From contig BAFH01000003.1 in the NCBI GenBank assembly GCA_000296795.1, positions 1,747,290-1,779,289 on the forward strand: DNA of 32,000 nt, given 5' to 3'. Of this stretch, positions 1 through 8,334 are shown one piece after another; the first letter of the stretch is position 1; each line of letters begins with the position of its first letter. The notes beneath the pieces are model-generated. The model was given only the letters and a program-made list of their open reading frames with translations. It was not told the origin of the DNA and ran no database searches. This DNA is from Candidatus Jettenia caeni (lineage in GTDB: Bacteria; Planctomycetota; Brocadiia; Brocadiales; Brocadiaceae). The position numbers and the translations under genes were made by a program.

Positions 1-1
1 G

Positions 2-583
2 GAAAAGGATATTGCGGGCCGAATTAAAAAAGAAGGTGACCGCATAGCCACGATAGTCAGCCGCCTTCTTATGTTTACCTGGCCTATAAATCAGGAGAGA
101 AAGAGCAAGGTTAAGACCTGTGATATTATAAAAGATACGCTGATTTTATCCGAGGCACAACTACGAAAAGAGGGTATTCACATCCGGGTAACTATTCCTC
201 AAAACCTGCCTGAATTACATACCCACCCCCAGCAGCTCGAACAGGTATTTCTCAATATTATCAGTAATGCCCGATATGCCCTGAACCAAAAATATCCGGA
301 AACCCATGATAATAAACTCCTCGAAATTACGGGTGAAGAGATAACGATAGATGATCTTCGCTACGTCAGGATTACCTTTTACGATCACGGTACGGGTATA
401 CCTGCCGGGATAAAAGATAAGGTAATGACCCCCTTTTTTACCACAAAACCGAGAGGTATAGGAACGGGATTAGGGTTGAGCATAAGCCACGGTATCATCA
501 ATGACCACGGTGGCAAGCTTCTGATTGAGAGTGTGGAGGGAAAATTTACCAAAGTTTTCATCATCCTTCCGGTGATATCTTAA
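2..583 (+). CDS. Sensor histidine kinase, C-terminal fragment (5' end outside window)
   Basis: Frame 2 is open from nt 2 (EKDIAGRIKKEGDRIATIV...) and runs into listed ORF 71..583. HATPase_c motifs are present: N-box [13 protein letters not shown]1 YDHGTGIP, G2 GTGLGLSIS. By eye about 70% identical to the C-terminus of the kinase at 3645..5297. Confidence 0.85.
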   Translation, partial: EKDIAGRIKKEGDRIATIVSRLLMFTWPINQERKSKVKTCDIIKDTLILSEAQLRKEGIHIRVTIPQNLPELHTHPQQLEQVFLNIISNARYALNQKYPETHDNKLLEITGEEITIDDLRYVRITFYDHGTGIPAGIKDKVMTPFFTTKPRGIGTGLGLSISHGIINDHGGKLLIESVEGKFTKVFIILPVIS

Positions 584-671
584 GGTTGAAAGTCCGATGT
601 AGGGCAAGGTTTTAGAGACTGCCCGGAAAGCCCTCCAGAGTGCTCTGTTAGGAGCTAATAAATATATTATG

Positions 672-740
672 TATAGGAATTTCAAAGTTTTTCGTTATAC
701 CGTTTCATAATGTAGGGGCGGGTTTCAAACCCGCCCCTAT
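672..740. repeat. TATAGGAATTTCAA linker (672-685) followed by a GC-rich perfect hairpin taggggcgggttt/aaacccgccccta (712-740)
   Basis: The same linker recurs at 10604, 10729 and 10868. A near-identical hairpin (gtaggggcaggtt/aacctgcccctac) lies at 3464-3492. Confidence 0.8.
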
Positions 741-1342
741 GGTGCTTGAATTGTGGTATGTTCGATTTGTACTATAAGTTTACCTGATAAGGTATTAAAA
801 GCCATTATCCAATGATAAAGAAAGTGGGTATTCGGGCTTTTTGCAAGGCTGAAGCCTTACCCTACGTATTTATTTGTAAGTCCTGAGTATTCATTTGCAA
901 GGTTGTTGGGAATATGTTTTGCGTTGTAGTGGGTTTAGATGCTTTAATTATTAACTTGCCTTTTGTACCATTTCGATACAAAATATATAAGAATATCCAG
1001 ACAGGATATAGATAAATTCATGAGAATTATGGTATATCCTGGTTTACAATCTCATGTAAGGATGTGTTCGGTTTCATCTTTTGGATACTATAGTCCGTAG
1101 AATAACGAAATCGATTCGGTCTGTTGTGTTGACGAGTCTGCCAGGGAATGACAAAGCCCAGACCTTTTATTCATCCCTTGAGATACCGTGTTGTAGTTCT
1201 TTTAACTAGGTCGCTTACTATAATGTTATTGTGTAAAAGCTATGAGTTATTGCATGATAAAAATTATAACACAATCTCAGAAAAAAAGGAAGTTTACTCT
1301 ATAAATTGATGAAAATTATAATACATACGAGAAAGTACTGAA

Positions 1343-3451
1343 ATGGCGATCCAGTGGAAGAAGTCAGTATGCCCGTATTGCGGTATAGGGTGCGGGTTAA
1401 TGGTAGGTATTGAAGAGGGAAAGGTCGTTAACATCCACGGAATGAAGGAGCATCCCGTTAACTGTGGCGAATCCTGCACACTTGTGCATAATTTCGCGCC
1501 TCTCTTTACTGACAGGGACAGATTGACACAGCCTATGATTCGCCGTAATGGTACCTTACTGCCCGTTACGTGGGATGATGCCATTATGTATGTTGCCCAT
1601 GAATTTCATCGTATCATTCGGGAATACGGACCAGGTGCAATTGCCTTCTACGGTGGAGCTGCCGCTTTTAATGAAGAATACTATCTCATAAATAAACTCA
1701 TGAAGGGATATATTGGCACAAATCATGTGGAGTGTACCTCCCGCTTATGTATGGCAAGTACCGCAATGGGATTTATTTCTACCTTCGGCGCTGATGCCCC
1801 GCCTACCTGCTATGCCGACATCGAAGAGGCAGACCTGTTTCTTATTGCCGGCATGAATATGGCAGTATCATTGCCTGTTATATTCAACCGTGTGTGCGCT
1901 GCGAGGAAAGCCAAAGGCGCCAGGACTATTGTTATTGATCCCCGGAAAACAGAAACTACTGCCATTGCAGATGTCCATCTTCAAATCAGGCCTGGCACTG
2001 ATGTTGCTCTTAATAATGCCCTGGCCTATATTCTTCTTGAAGAAGGTTTTGTGCACGAAGAGGAGGTAGCGCACTATACCACCGGGCTTGATGATTTAAA
2101 ATTGATATTAAAAGAATATTCGCCATCGCGCGTTGCCAGGATTACGGGTTGTACACAAGAGCAGATCTTCAAGGCTGCGCATCTCATCGGTCATGCGAAA
2201 GCAATGCTAACCTTTTGGCTTCAAGGTTACAACCAGTCAACCCAGGCGGTCTTCAAAAATAATACGTTACACAATTTATCATTATTGACAGGGAATTTTT
2301 GTCGTCCCGGGGCTGGCCCATTATCTATTGCGGGCGAGTCAAATAGTTTGGGCAGCCGGTGGATGGGCGTACAGTCGCATCTTTTGCCCGGCATGCGCTT
2401 TGTTACCAATCCCGTGCATCGGCAAGAGATCGCTGATTTTTGGGGCATTCCGGCTGAAAAAATTCAATCCACTCCCGGTCGTTCTATTATTGATATTATC
2501 AAGGGACTCCATACGGGTGAAGTCCGTGCATTATGGGTTATGTCTTCCAATCCTGCAGCCTCTCTTCCTTATACCCAATGGGTAACTGAAGGGCTTGAGA
2601 AGGCAGAGTTTCTGGTCGTTCAGGATATACTTCATCCTACAGAAACAACCGTACTGGCAGACGTAATTCTCGCTGGCGCCCAATGGTCCGAAAAGACCGT
2701 TACCCTTGTCTCGTCTGAGCGGCGTATCGAGCTGGCAGAAAAGATTCTTGAGCCGCCGGGAATGGCAAAGCCTGACTATGAGATCATTTGCCTCATCGCA
2801 GGGGCTATGGGATTCAGTAAGGAATTTTCTTATACTTCGGGTGAGGAGGTGTTTGAAGAATTGAAGGAGATTACCCGCGGACGTATCTGTGATATGAACG
2901 GTGTGAGCTACGAGCGACTCAGGAATACGATAGGTCCGCAGTTGCCTTGTCCCAAAACGGACCATCCGGGTACGGCAAGGTTGTTTTCTGACATTCGGTT
3001 TCCGAGGCCGGACGGTCGCGCTGCGCTGCTTGCCCGGGATTATAGGAAACTAGCCGAAACGGCTGATGATGATTATCCTTTTATCCTTATCACTGGTCGC
3101 CTTGCCAGTCAATTCAATACCGGTACCCGTACCCGCCGCATTAAAAAGCTTACCGATATTGAACCAAATAATTTTGTGGAGATTCATTCCGCAGATGCTC
3201 AACGTCTCGGAATTATTGAAGGGGATGAGGTTGAAATGGCCTCACGTCGGGGTAGTATTCGATGTATTGTCCATATTAAAGACCATGTACTCGAAAGTAA
3301 TGTCTATATGAATTTATGTTGTGGTAATTCACCTTTGTCCGAAGATGATAAACAAGTCAATTTTGTTTGCAATACGGTTTATGATGCTCATTCCAAACAG
3401 CCTGAGCTGAAGTGCTGCGCCGTTAAGATAACGAAAGTTGCATCAATATGA
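1343..3451 (+). CDS. Cytoplasmic bis-MGD molybdopterin oxidoreductase, assimilatory/periplasmic nitrate-reductase-like catalytic subunit (Nas/NarB/Nap clade)
   Basis: 702 aa. N-terminal Fe4S4 motif CPYCGIGCG (C-x2-C-x3-C) with a fourth Cys in VNCGESC. SRLCMASTAMGF matches the Mo-ligand Cys context (CMAS) of Nap/Nas enzymes rather than the U/C-H of formate dehydrogenases. No twin-arginine signal. C-terminal molybdopterin-binding beta-barrel region (FVEIHSADAQRLGIIEGDEVEMASRRG). Confidence 0.8.
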   Translation: MAIQWKKSVCPYCGIGCGLMVGIEEGKVVNIHGMKEHPVNCGESCTLVHNFAPLFTDRDRLTQPMIRRNGTLLPVTWDDAIMYVAHEFHRIIREYGPGAIAFYGGAAAFNEEYYLINKLMKGYIGTNHVECTSRLCMASTAMGFISTFGADAPPTCYADIEEADLFLIAGMNMAVSLPVIFNRVCAARKAKGARTIVIDPRKTETTAIADVHLQIRPGTDVALNNALAYILLEEGFVHEEEVAHYTTGLDDLKLILKEYSPSRVARITGCTQEQIFKAAHLIGHAKAMLTFWLQGYNQSTQAVFKNNTLHNLSLLTGNFCRPGAGPLSIAGESNSLGSRWMGVQSHLLPGMRFVTNPVHRQEIADFWGIPAEKIQSTPGRSIIDIIKGLHTGEVRALWVMSSNPAASLPYTQWVTEGLEKAEFLVVQDILHPTETTVLADVILAGAQWSEKTVTLVSSERRIELAEKILEPPGMAKPDYEIICLIAGAMGFSKEFSYTSGEEVFEELKEITRGRICDMNGVSYERLRNTIGPQLPCPKTDHPGTARLFSDIRFPRPDGRAALLARDYRKLAETADDDYPFILITGRLASQFNTGTRTRRIKKLTDIEPNNFVEIHSADAQRLGIIEGDEVEMASRRGSIRCIVHIKDHVLESNVYMNLCCGNSPLSEDDKQVNFVCNTVYDAHSKQPELKCCAVKITKVASI

Positions 3452-3463
3452 ACCATACAAGTT

Positions 3464-3492
3464 GTAGGGGCAGGTTTTAAACCTGCCCCTAC
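3464..3492. repeat. GC-rich palindromic (REP-like) hairpin immediately after the molybdoenzyme stop codon
   Basis: gtaggggcaggtt-tta-aacctgcccctac. No downstream T-run, so not a classical intrinsic terminator. Paralogous to 712-740. Confidence 0.8.
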
Positions 3493-3644
3493 CTGATGTT
3501 AAAGAGTAAAAGAATAACAATGGAGCATTTCTCCTTAAGGTATCTATAATTCCTTTAGCATAGGGTAATGTGGCTCTTAATACCCTATCGGCAAACCGAA
3601 AGGTTTGCCTCACATATGGGAACTGAAGGGTAAAAATTCATACA

Positions 3645-5297
3645 GTGGAAAATTTCATGATTGGACAGGATAAAAAAAAGAACAAAGAGCTTGCCCAGCA
3701 TACCATTAAATTTTTTGAGAAGCTGCTGCGGGCATCAAGTGATGGAATTGTGATTACCGATGCAGCGCATAATATCATTGTTGTCAATGAGGCGTTCTGT
3801 GATTTCTTTGGACGGCAACATCGTGAGGTCATCGAAACAGATCTGTTCTTTTGGTTAGAACAACTTGGTACCAGTAGTCTCAAACGCTGGGCTGAAATGG
3901 AGAGCCATGTCCATAGTGAAGGCTCATGTCATGATACAGAATTTACCCTGATGGCACACGAGGGGATAAAATACTTAAGTGTCAATGCCTCTCTTATGGA
4001 AAAAGTCGGCGCCGAAGAATCTGGTACGATAATTAGTATCTGGCGGGATATTACAAAACAAAAGCGGATTGAAGAAGAGTTAAAAATCCTCAATAAGTCC
4101 CTGGAAGAGCGGATAATTGAAAAGACACTGGCGCTGATAGAATCAAACAAAGAACTTCGTGAGAAAATTGCAGAACAGAAATTGTCTGAAGAAGCGCTGC
4201 GTACGAGTGAGAGCAAGTATCGGTTGCTTCTGGAGAATCTTCCCCAGAGAATCTTTTATAAAAATAAAGACTCAATGTATATATCCTGTAATGAGAATTA
4301 TGCCGGGGATATACGCATCAAACCGGATGAAATCCGGGGAAAGACGGATTATGATTTCTTTCCGAAGGCGCTTGCTGAAAAATACCGGGCAGATGACAAG
4401 AGAATTATGGAATCAGGGAAAGCTGAGGAGATTGAGGAAAAATACGTCAAAGATGGGCAGGAATATATTATCCATACCGTGAAAACTCCTATGAAAGATG
4501 AAAAGGGCGCTATCATCGGCATATTGGGTATCTTCTGGGATATCACGGAAAAGATAGCTATGGAGAAGGAGGCTATACGCTCCAGACATCTGGTATCACT
4601 GGGTGAACTGGCGGCAAGTGTTGCTCACGAAGTGAATAATCCCATAACCGGTGTTATCAACTACGCCCAGATACTGTGTAATAAAAGCACTGAGGGAAGC
4701 AAGGAAAAAGATATAGCGAACCGGATTATCAGGGAAGGCGACCGTATAGCAAGCATAGTTCAAAGCCTTCTTTCTTTTGCCAGGATCAGTGATAAAAAAG
4801 AGAAAAAGAGTATCATCAGTGTTCATGAAATATTATCTGACACCCTTATCCTGACAAAGGCGCAGTTGCGGCAAGAGGGTATCAGAATAAAATTAGATAT
4901 TCCTCAAAGATTACCTGAAATAGTTGCAGACCCCCAACAAATACAGCAGGTATTTTTGAATGCCATAAGTAATGCACGATATGCCTTAAATCAAAAATAT
5001 CCGGAGACGCATGACAACAAAATCCTCGAGGTCTTAGGCGAAGAGATGACTATAGATAATCAACAATGTGTAAAAATTACCTTCTATGATCATGGTACGG
5101 GTATACCTGCTGAGATACGAGACAAGATAATGGACCCGTTTTTTACCACAAAGCCCCGTGGCAAGGGAACAGGTTTGGGATTAAGCATTAGTCAGAGTAT
5201 TATACAAGATCATCATGGTAAACTCACCATCGAGAGTATTGAAGGTGAGTTTACCAAAGTTGCAATTATTTTTCCGGTAATAGTGAAAACCGGGTAA
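3645..5297 (+). CDS. Soluble multi-PAS sensor histidine kinase
   Basis: 550 aa with no obvious transmembrane segment. Two PAS/PAC-like blocks separated by a coiled coil ([38 protein letters not shown]). H-box [13 protein letters not shown]. HATPase_c N, G1 and G2 boxes. GTG at 3645; the in-frame ATG at 3657 is an alternative start. Confidence 0.9.
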   Translation: MENFMIGQDKKKNKELAQHTIKFFEKLLRASSDGIVITDAAHNIIVVNEAFCDFFGRQHREVIETDLFFWLEQLGTSSLKRWAEMESHVHSEGSCHDTEFTLMAHEGIKYLSVNASLMEKVGAEESGTIISIWRDITKQKRIEEELKILNKSLEERIIEKTLALIESNKELREKIAEQKLSEEALRTSESKYRLLLENLPQRIFYKNKDSMYISCNENYAGDIRIKPDEIRGKTDYDFFPKALAEKYRADDKRIMESGKAEEIEEKYVKDGQEYIIHTVKTPMKDEKGAIIGILGIFWDITEKIAMEKEAIRSRHLVSLGELAASVAHEVNNPITGVINYAQILCNKSTEGSKEKDIANRIIREGDRIASIVQSLLSFARISDKKEKKSIISVHEILSDTLILTKAQLRQEGIRIKLDIPQRLPEIVADPQQIQQVFLNAISNARYALNQKYPETHDNKILEVLGEEMTIDNQQCVKITFYDHGTGIPAEIRDKIMDPFFTTKPRGKGTGLGLSISQSIIQDHHGKLTIESIEGEFTKVAIIFPVIVKTG

Positions 5298-5835
5298 CTA
5301 CCTAAATATGGTATAAAACTATGAATTAAGATTTTTAAAATTAGCATACGATATATTGTGCTTGTAAATATGATATGAACAATAAATGGTATCCTTAAAA
5401 TTCTTAATTACATTCTCGGACAACCTGTTTAGCCTTGCACACCCCCGCTTGAATACCCGCACAGGGACAAGCACCTCTAAAGGGTTACCCTGCAATCCAA
5501 CGATTCCAGGCAAGAATTTTAATAGACCCTTATTTTAATAGATTCTTAAGTAACTTGGTTATATCATATTACGATAGTTTTGATTTGATTATGGAGTAGT
5601 TTGTGTTATTATAAGGGAACTTAATCAAGTTGGCGCTTGTTCTACCACCATAGAAATGATTATGTTAGAAATATTTAAGGTATAAAAAAGTAAATACATA
5701 GTGTATAATTAGCACTAATAGTGAATAATTTTTATTTGGTTTACTGGAGAAGGAAATGGTTAATTTTAAAATTTCTATGAGAGAGATCAGACATCAAACT
5801 TACCTTCAAAGGTTTTTAGAAGGGAGGGGGATGAT

Positions 5836-7539
5836 ATGAAGGCTAAAATTCTTATTATCGATGACGAAGAAAACATCAGATTTACCTTTGAGAGTTTTCT
5901 TTCGGACGAGGGGTATGATGTAAAAACTGCCAGCAATTACCATGAGGCAATAAACTCGATCGGTACCTCTGATTTTGATTTAATTTTTGCTGATATTATC
6001 CTGGAAGGTAAAACCGGAATTGACATTCTAAAAAAAGTTAAGGAAAAAAAACTTGCATGTCCGGTTGTTATGATTACCGGGGCTCCTAATATCGAAACAT
6101 CCTTAGATGCGCTGAGATTAGGCGCCTTTGACTATATTCTCAAACCGGTGCGGCAGGAAACCCTCCTGCACGTTACCGAAAAGGCATTACAGCACAAAGT
6201 ATTGGTGGATGAAAAGGAACGATATCGATCAAACCTCGAGGCAATCTTTAGCAGTGTCAAAGATGCAATTGTTACCGTAGATAAGGAATTGATTGTGCTT
6301 GAGGTTAACGAAGCAACAAAAGGTATGTGCAATTTATCCCGCAACGCAATTGGAAAACCCTTCGCTTCCTTTCCGAAATATTGCAATGAAGAGTGTCTCC
6401 ATGCACTTGAGAAAACCATTCAAACAAAACAACCGGTAGAAATATATCGCCTGGAGTGTAAACATGAGCTTCGTCCACACCAGGTGGTAAATGTTACGAC
6501 ATATCCTCTCCTGTACAATAAAAGTATATTTGCCGGGGCAGTGCTGGTAATAAGAGACGAGACGCACCTGGTAGATCTTGAGCGGGATATGAAGGAACGT
6601 CAACAGTTACATAATATCGTAGGCAAGAGTGATAAAATGCAAACGATTTATTCCCTCATAGAAAACTTATCGGATGTTCAGACAACCGTCCTCATTACGG
6701 GAGAAAGCGGAACCGGCAAGGAGTTAGTTGCTGAGGCGCTCCATTATAAAGGGGGAAGGGATAAGAAGCCCTTTGTAAGGGTAAACTGTTCAGCTTTATC
6801 GGAGAATTTGCTTGAGAGTGAGCTTTTTGGACACGTGAAAGGCGCTTTTACCGGTGCTGTCAGCAATAGAGTGGGCAGGTTTGAAAAGGCAAATGGTGGA
6901 ACCATTTTTTTAGATGAAATAGGCGATATTACACCCCGTACACAACTGCAGCTCTTGAGAGTATTACAGGAAAGAGAGTTTGAAAAAGTTGGCGATTCAA
7001 CTCCCATTAAAGTGGATGTTCGCGTCATTGCTGCTACGAACCAGAATCTGAAGGAAAAAATCGAGCGCGGTGAATTCCGGAAAGATCTTTACTATCGTCT
7101 CAAGGTTGTTGAAATAACCTTGCCACCATTAAGAGATCGTCGGGAGGATATACCGCTCCTGGTGAATTTCTTTTTAAATAAGTTCAATAAAAAATTAAAT
7201 AAAGAGATTACCGGTATTTCTTCCGATGTTCAAAAGATATTCATGGAATATCAATGGCCTGGCAATGTCAGAGAGCTGGAGCATATCATAGAGCATGCCT
7301 TTGTCCTTTGCCATCAGGATACCATAACCGTGAATCATCTTCCGCCTGATTTAAAGGAATTTCTCGGGCAAAAAATCTCTTTCCTTGGAGATATGAAAGT
7401 TGATGAACCAAAGGCAATTCTTCAGGCGCTGAAAAAGACCTCATGGAATAAGGTCATGGCTGCGCATCTGCTCGGTATGAGCCGAAGAACTATTTATCGG
7501 AAAATCCATAATTACAAGATAAAGATGAGGGATTCATAG
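5836..7539 (+). CDS. Sigma-54-dependent response regulator (REC-PAS-AAA+-HTH, NtrC family), paralog 1
   Basis: 567 aa. REC with DDEE and FAD acceptor region. PAS-like middle domain. Walker A GESGTGKE. Sigma-54 contact loop GAFTGA (HVKGAFTGAV). ESELFGH. R-finger region. C-terminal Fis-type HTH (LLGMSRRTIYRKI). RBS gggaggggg lies 4 nt upstream of the ATG. Confidence 0.95.
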   Translation: MKAKILIIDDEENIRFTFESFLSDEGYDVKTASNYHEAINSIGTSDFDLIFADIILEGKTGIDILKKVKEKKLACPVVMITGAPNIETSLDALRLGAFDYILKPVRQETLLHVTEKALQHKVLVDEKERYRSNLEAIFSSVKDAIVTVDKELIVLEVNEATKGMCNLSRNAIGKPFASFPKYCNEECLHALEKTIQTKQPVEIYRLECKHELRPHQVVNVTTYPLLYNKSIFAGAVLVIRDETHLVDLERDMKERQQLHNIVGKSDKMQTIYSLIENLSDVQTTVLITGESGTGKELVAEALHYKGGRDKKPFVRVNCSALSENLLESELFGHVKGAFTGAVSNRVGRFEKANGGTIFLDEIGDITPRTQLQLLRVLQEREFEKVGDSTPIKVDVRVIAATNQNLKEKIERGEFRKDLYYRLKVVEITLPPLRDRREDIPLLVNFFLNKFNKKLNKEITGISSDVQKIFMEYQWPGNVRELEHIIEHAFVLCHQDTITVNHLPPDLKEFLGQKISFLGDMKVDEPKAILQALKKTSWNKVMAAHLLGMSRRTIYRKIHNYKIKMRDS

Positions 7540-7834
7540 TATATAAAAGCTGTCTCCATCGAAAATGAGGTGTAAGAGTATCCATTCCTCAGGAAACAGG
7601 TTTTAGTAATACCGTTACTGCCAGGGCGTTATTTCTTTTCCTACGAAATTCTCTATCCAGCATGGACAGACCATTCCCTGTTTAAAGGCCTAACAGTATA
7701 AGGTTTGTCCATGCCACCTCAAAGAACAAAGATATGGGTAATGACGGGCCTGACATCGAATCGGTAAGCTGATCAAAATCTTTACCTGTCTGACATTCGA
7801 GTTTTGGATTTGCATAATCTACGATAGTCCTCCC

Positions 7835-7867
7835 TGTCATTCCCGAATGCCTTTATCGGGAATCCAG
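7835..7867. repeat. 33-nt palindromic element tgtcattcccgaatgcctttatcgggaatccag
   Basis: A second copy lies at 15059-15091 (tgtcattcccgaatgtctgtatcgggaatccag), differing at about 3 positions. Stem attcccga/tcgggaat. Confidence 0.85.
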
Positions 7868-7966
7868 TGTGCAGAAGGAAAGTTCAATTTACAAAATTGA
7901 ACCCGCAAGGGGTATAGGTAAATAACATTCCCCGGCTTACCTCTTTCCCATGAGTTATACCGTTTT

Positions 7967-8012
7967 GTGCCATGTCGCATTCTCGCAATGACACATCTTT
8001 GTGACGTGGCAC
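7967..8012. promoter_or_regulatory. Imperfect inverted repeat gtgccatgtcgca-N20-tgtgacgtggcac; candidate enhancer (UAS) for the adjacent EBPs
   Basis: Arms match 11/13 as reverse complements. They share the core CCA(T/C)GTC(A/G)CA with the palindrome at 10073-10117. The repeat lies about 320 nt upstream of the EBP paralog 2 start. The spacer contains a solo arm (ctcgcaatgacaca) of the 12359-12439 hairpin family, so a REP origin is an alternative. Confidence 0.3.
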
Positions 8013-8245
8013 GTTTTTTTAATGTATCATATGGACTATTTCATTACGTGCCAATTAATTCGATTAAATTTCAATTATACCAGCAATAAAGTAGCTCTTT
8101 GGACAAAAACGACTCAAGGAGTGTTACTGATCTCGTATGAGAGTCTGAGGAGAGAGAATGTTTTCCATGTATAATTTTCAAAATAAAAGAATTTACAGGC
8201 ATCTCACAATAAAAATTTAATTATTCTTTGCTCCTTATATACCAT

Positions 8246-8261
8246 TGGCACAATTTTTTCT
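8246..8261 (+). promoter_or_regulatory. Weak sigma-54-like element TGGCAC-aattt-TTTCT upstream of EBP paralog 2
   Basis: Perfect -24 TGGCAC with correct spacing, but the -12 position reads TC instead of the conserved GC. About 75 nt upstream of the ATG at 8335. Confidence 0.25.
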
Positions 8262-8334
8262 ATATAAGCTGTGTAGAAAAATTAAAAGTATCTTTTGAAG
8301 AGTATATAGTTTGTTTTAATCTTAGGGAGGATTG

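Noticed and set aside
585-660. gaaagtccg and gttttagagac strings reminiscent of RNase P RNA and Cas9-type CRISPR repeat/tracrRNA starts
   Set aside because: They are isolated short matches. No further RNase P conserved regions, no repeat-spacer periodicity and no cas genes are present. Most likely chance similarity.
908-923. GG-N10-GC with TTTTGC (gGGaatatgttTTGCg) and TGGTGC-N5-TTGT at 739-755, considered as sigma-54 promoters for the molybdoenzyme
   Set aside because: Each matches only one of the two boxes, and both are over 400 nt from the start codon. They are not distinguishable from chance in this AT-rich spacer.
1317-1322. Perfect TATAAT 20 nt upstream of the molybdoenzyme ATG
   Set aside because: No acceptable -35 at 16-18 nt, and it would leave an almost leaderless mRNA lacking the RBS. 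In this AT-rich DNA a lone TATAAT is weak evidence.
2531-2965. 144-aa minus-strand ORF; similar antisense ORFs lie at 1294-1584, 1868-2074, 2227-2448, 3929-4216, 6132-6419, 6744-7028, 15887-16231, 17362-17805, 21973-22407, 25380-25640 and 30040-30312
   Set aside because: All lie entirely inside long, well-supported genes on the opposite strand or in another frame. None has recognisable motifs. They have the low-complexity or odd composition typical of shadow ORFs.
5319-5513. 64-aa minus-strand ORF over a GC-richer island in the 538-bp spacer
   Set aside because: The island (about 5413-5512) shares gggtattc...tgcaaggct(a/g)aa with 826-865 in inverted orientation. It is therefore another dispersed repeat rather than a gene.
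8007-8021. TGGCAC at the right arm of the 7967-8012 inverted repeat as a sigma-54 -24 box
   Set aside because: At the required 12-nt offset the sequence is TA in a T-run, so there is no -12 GC. The TGGCAC is better explained as part of the inverted repeat.
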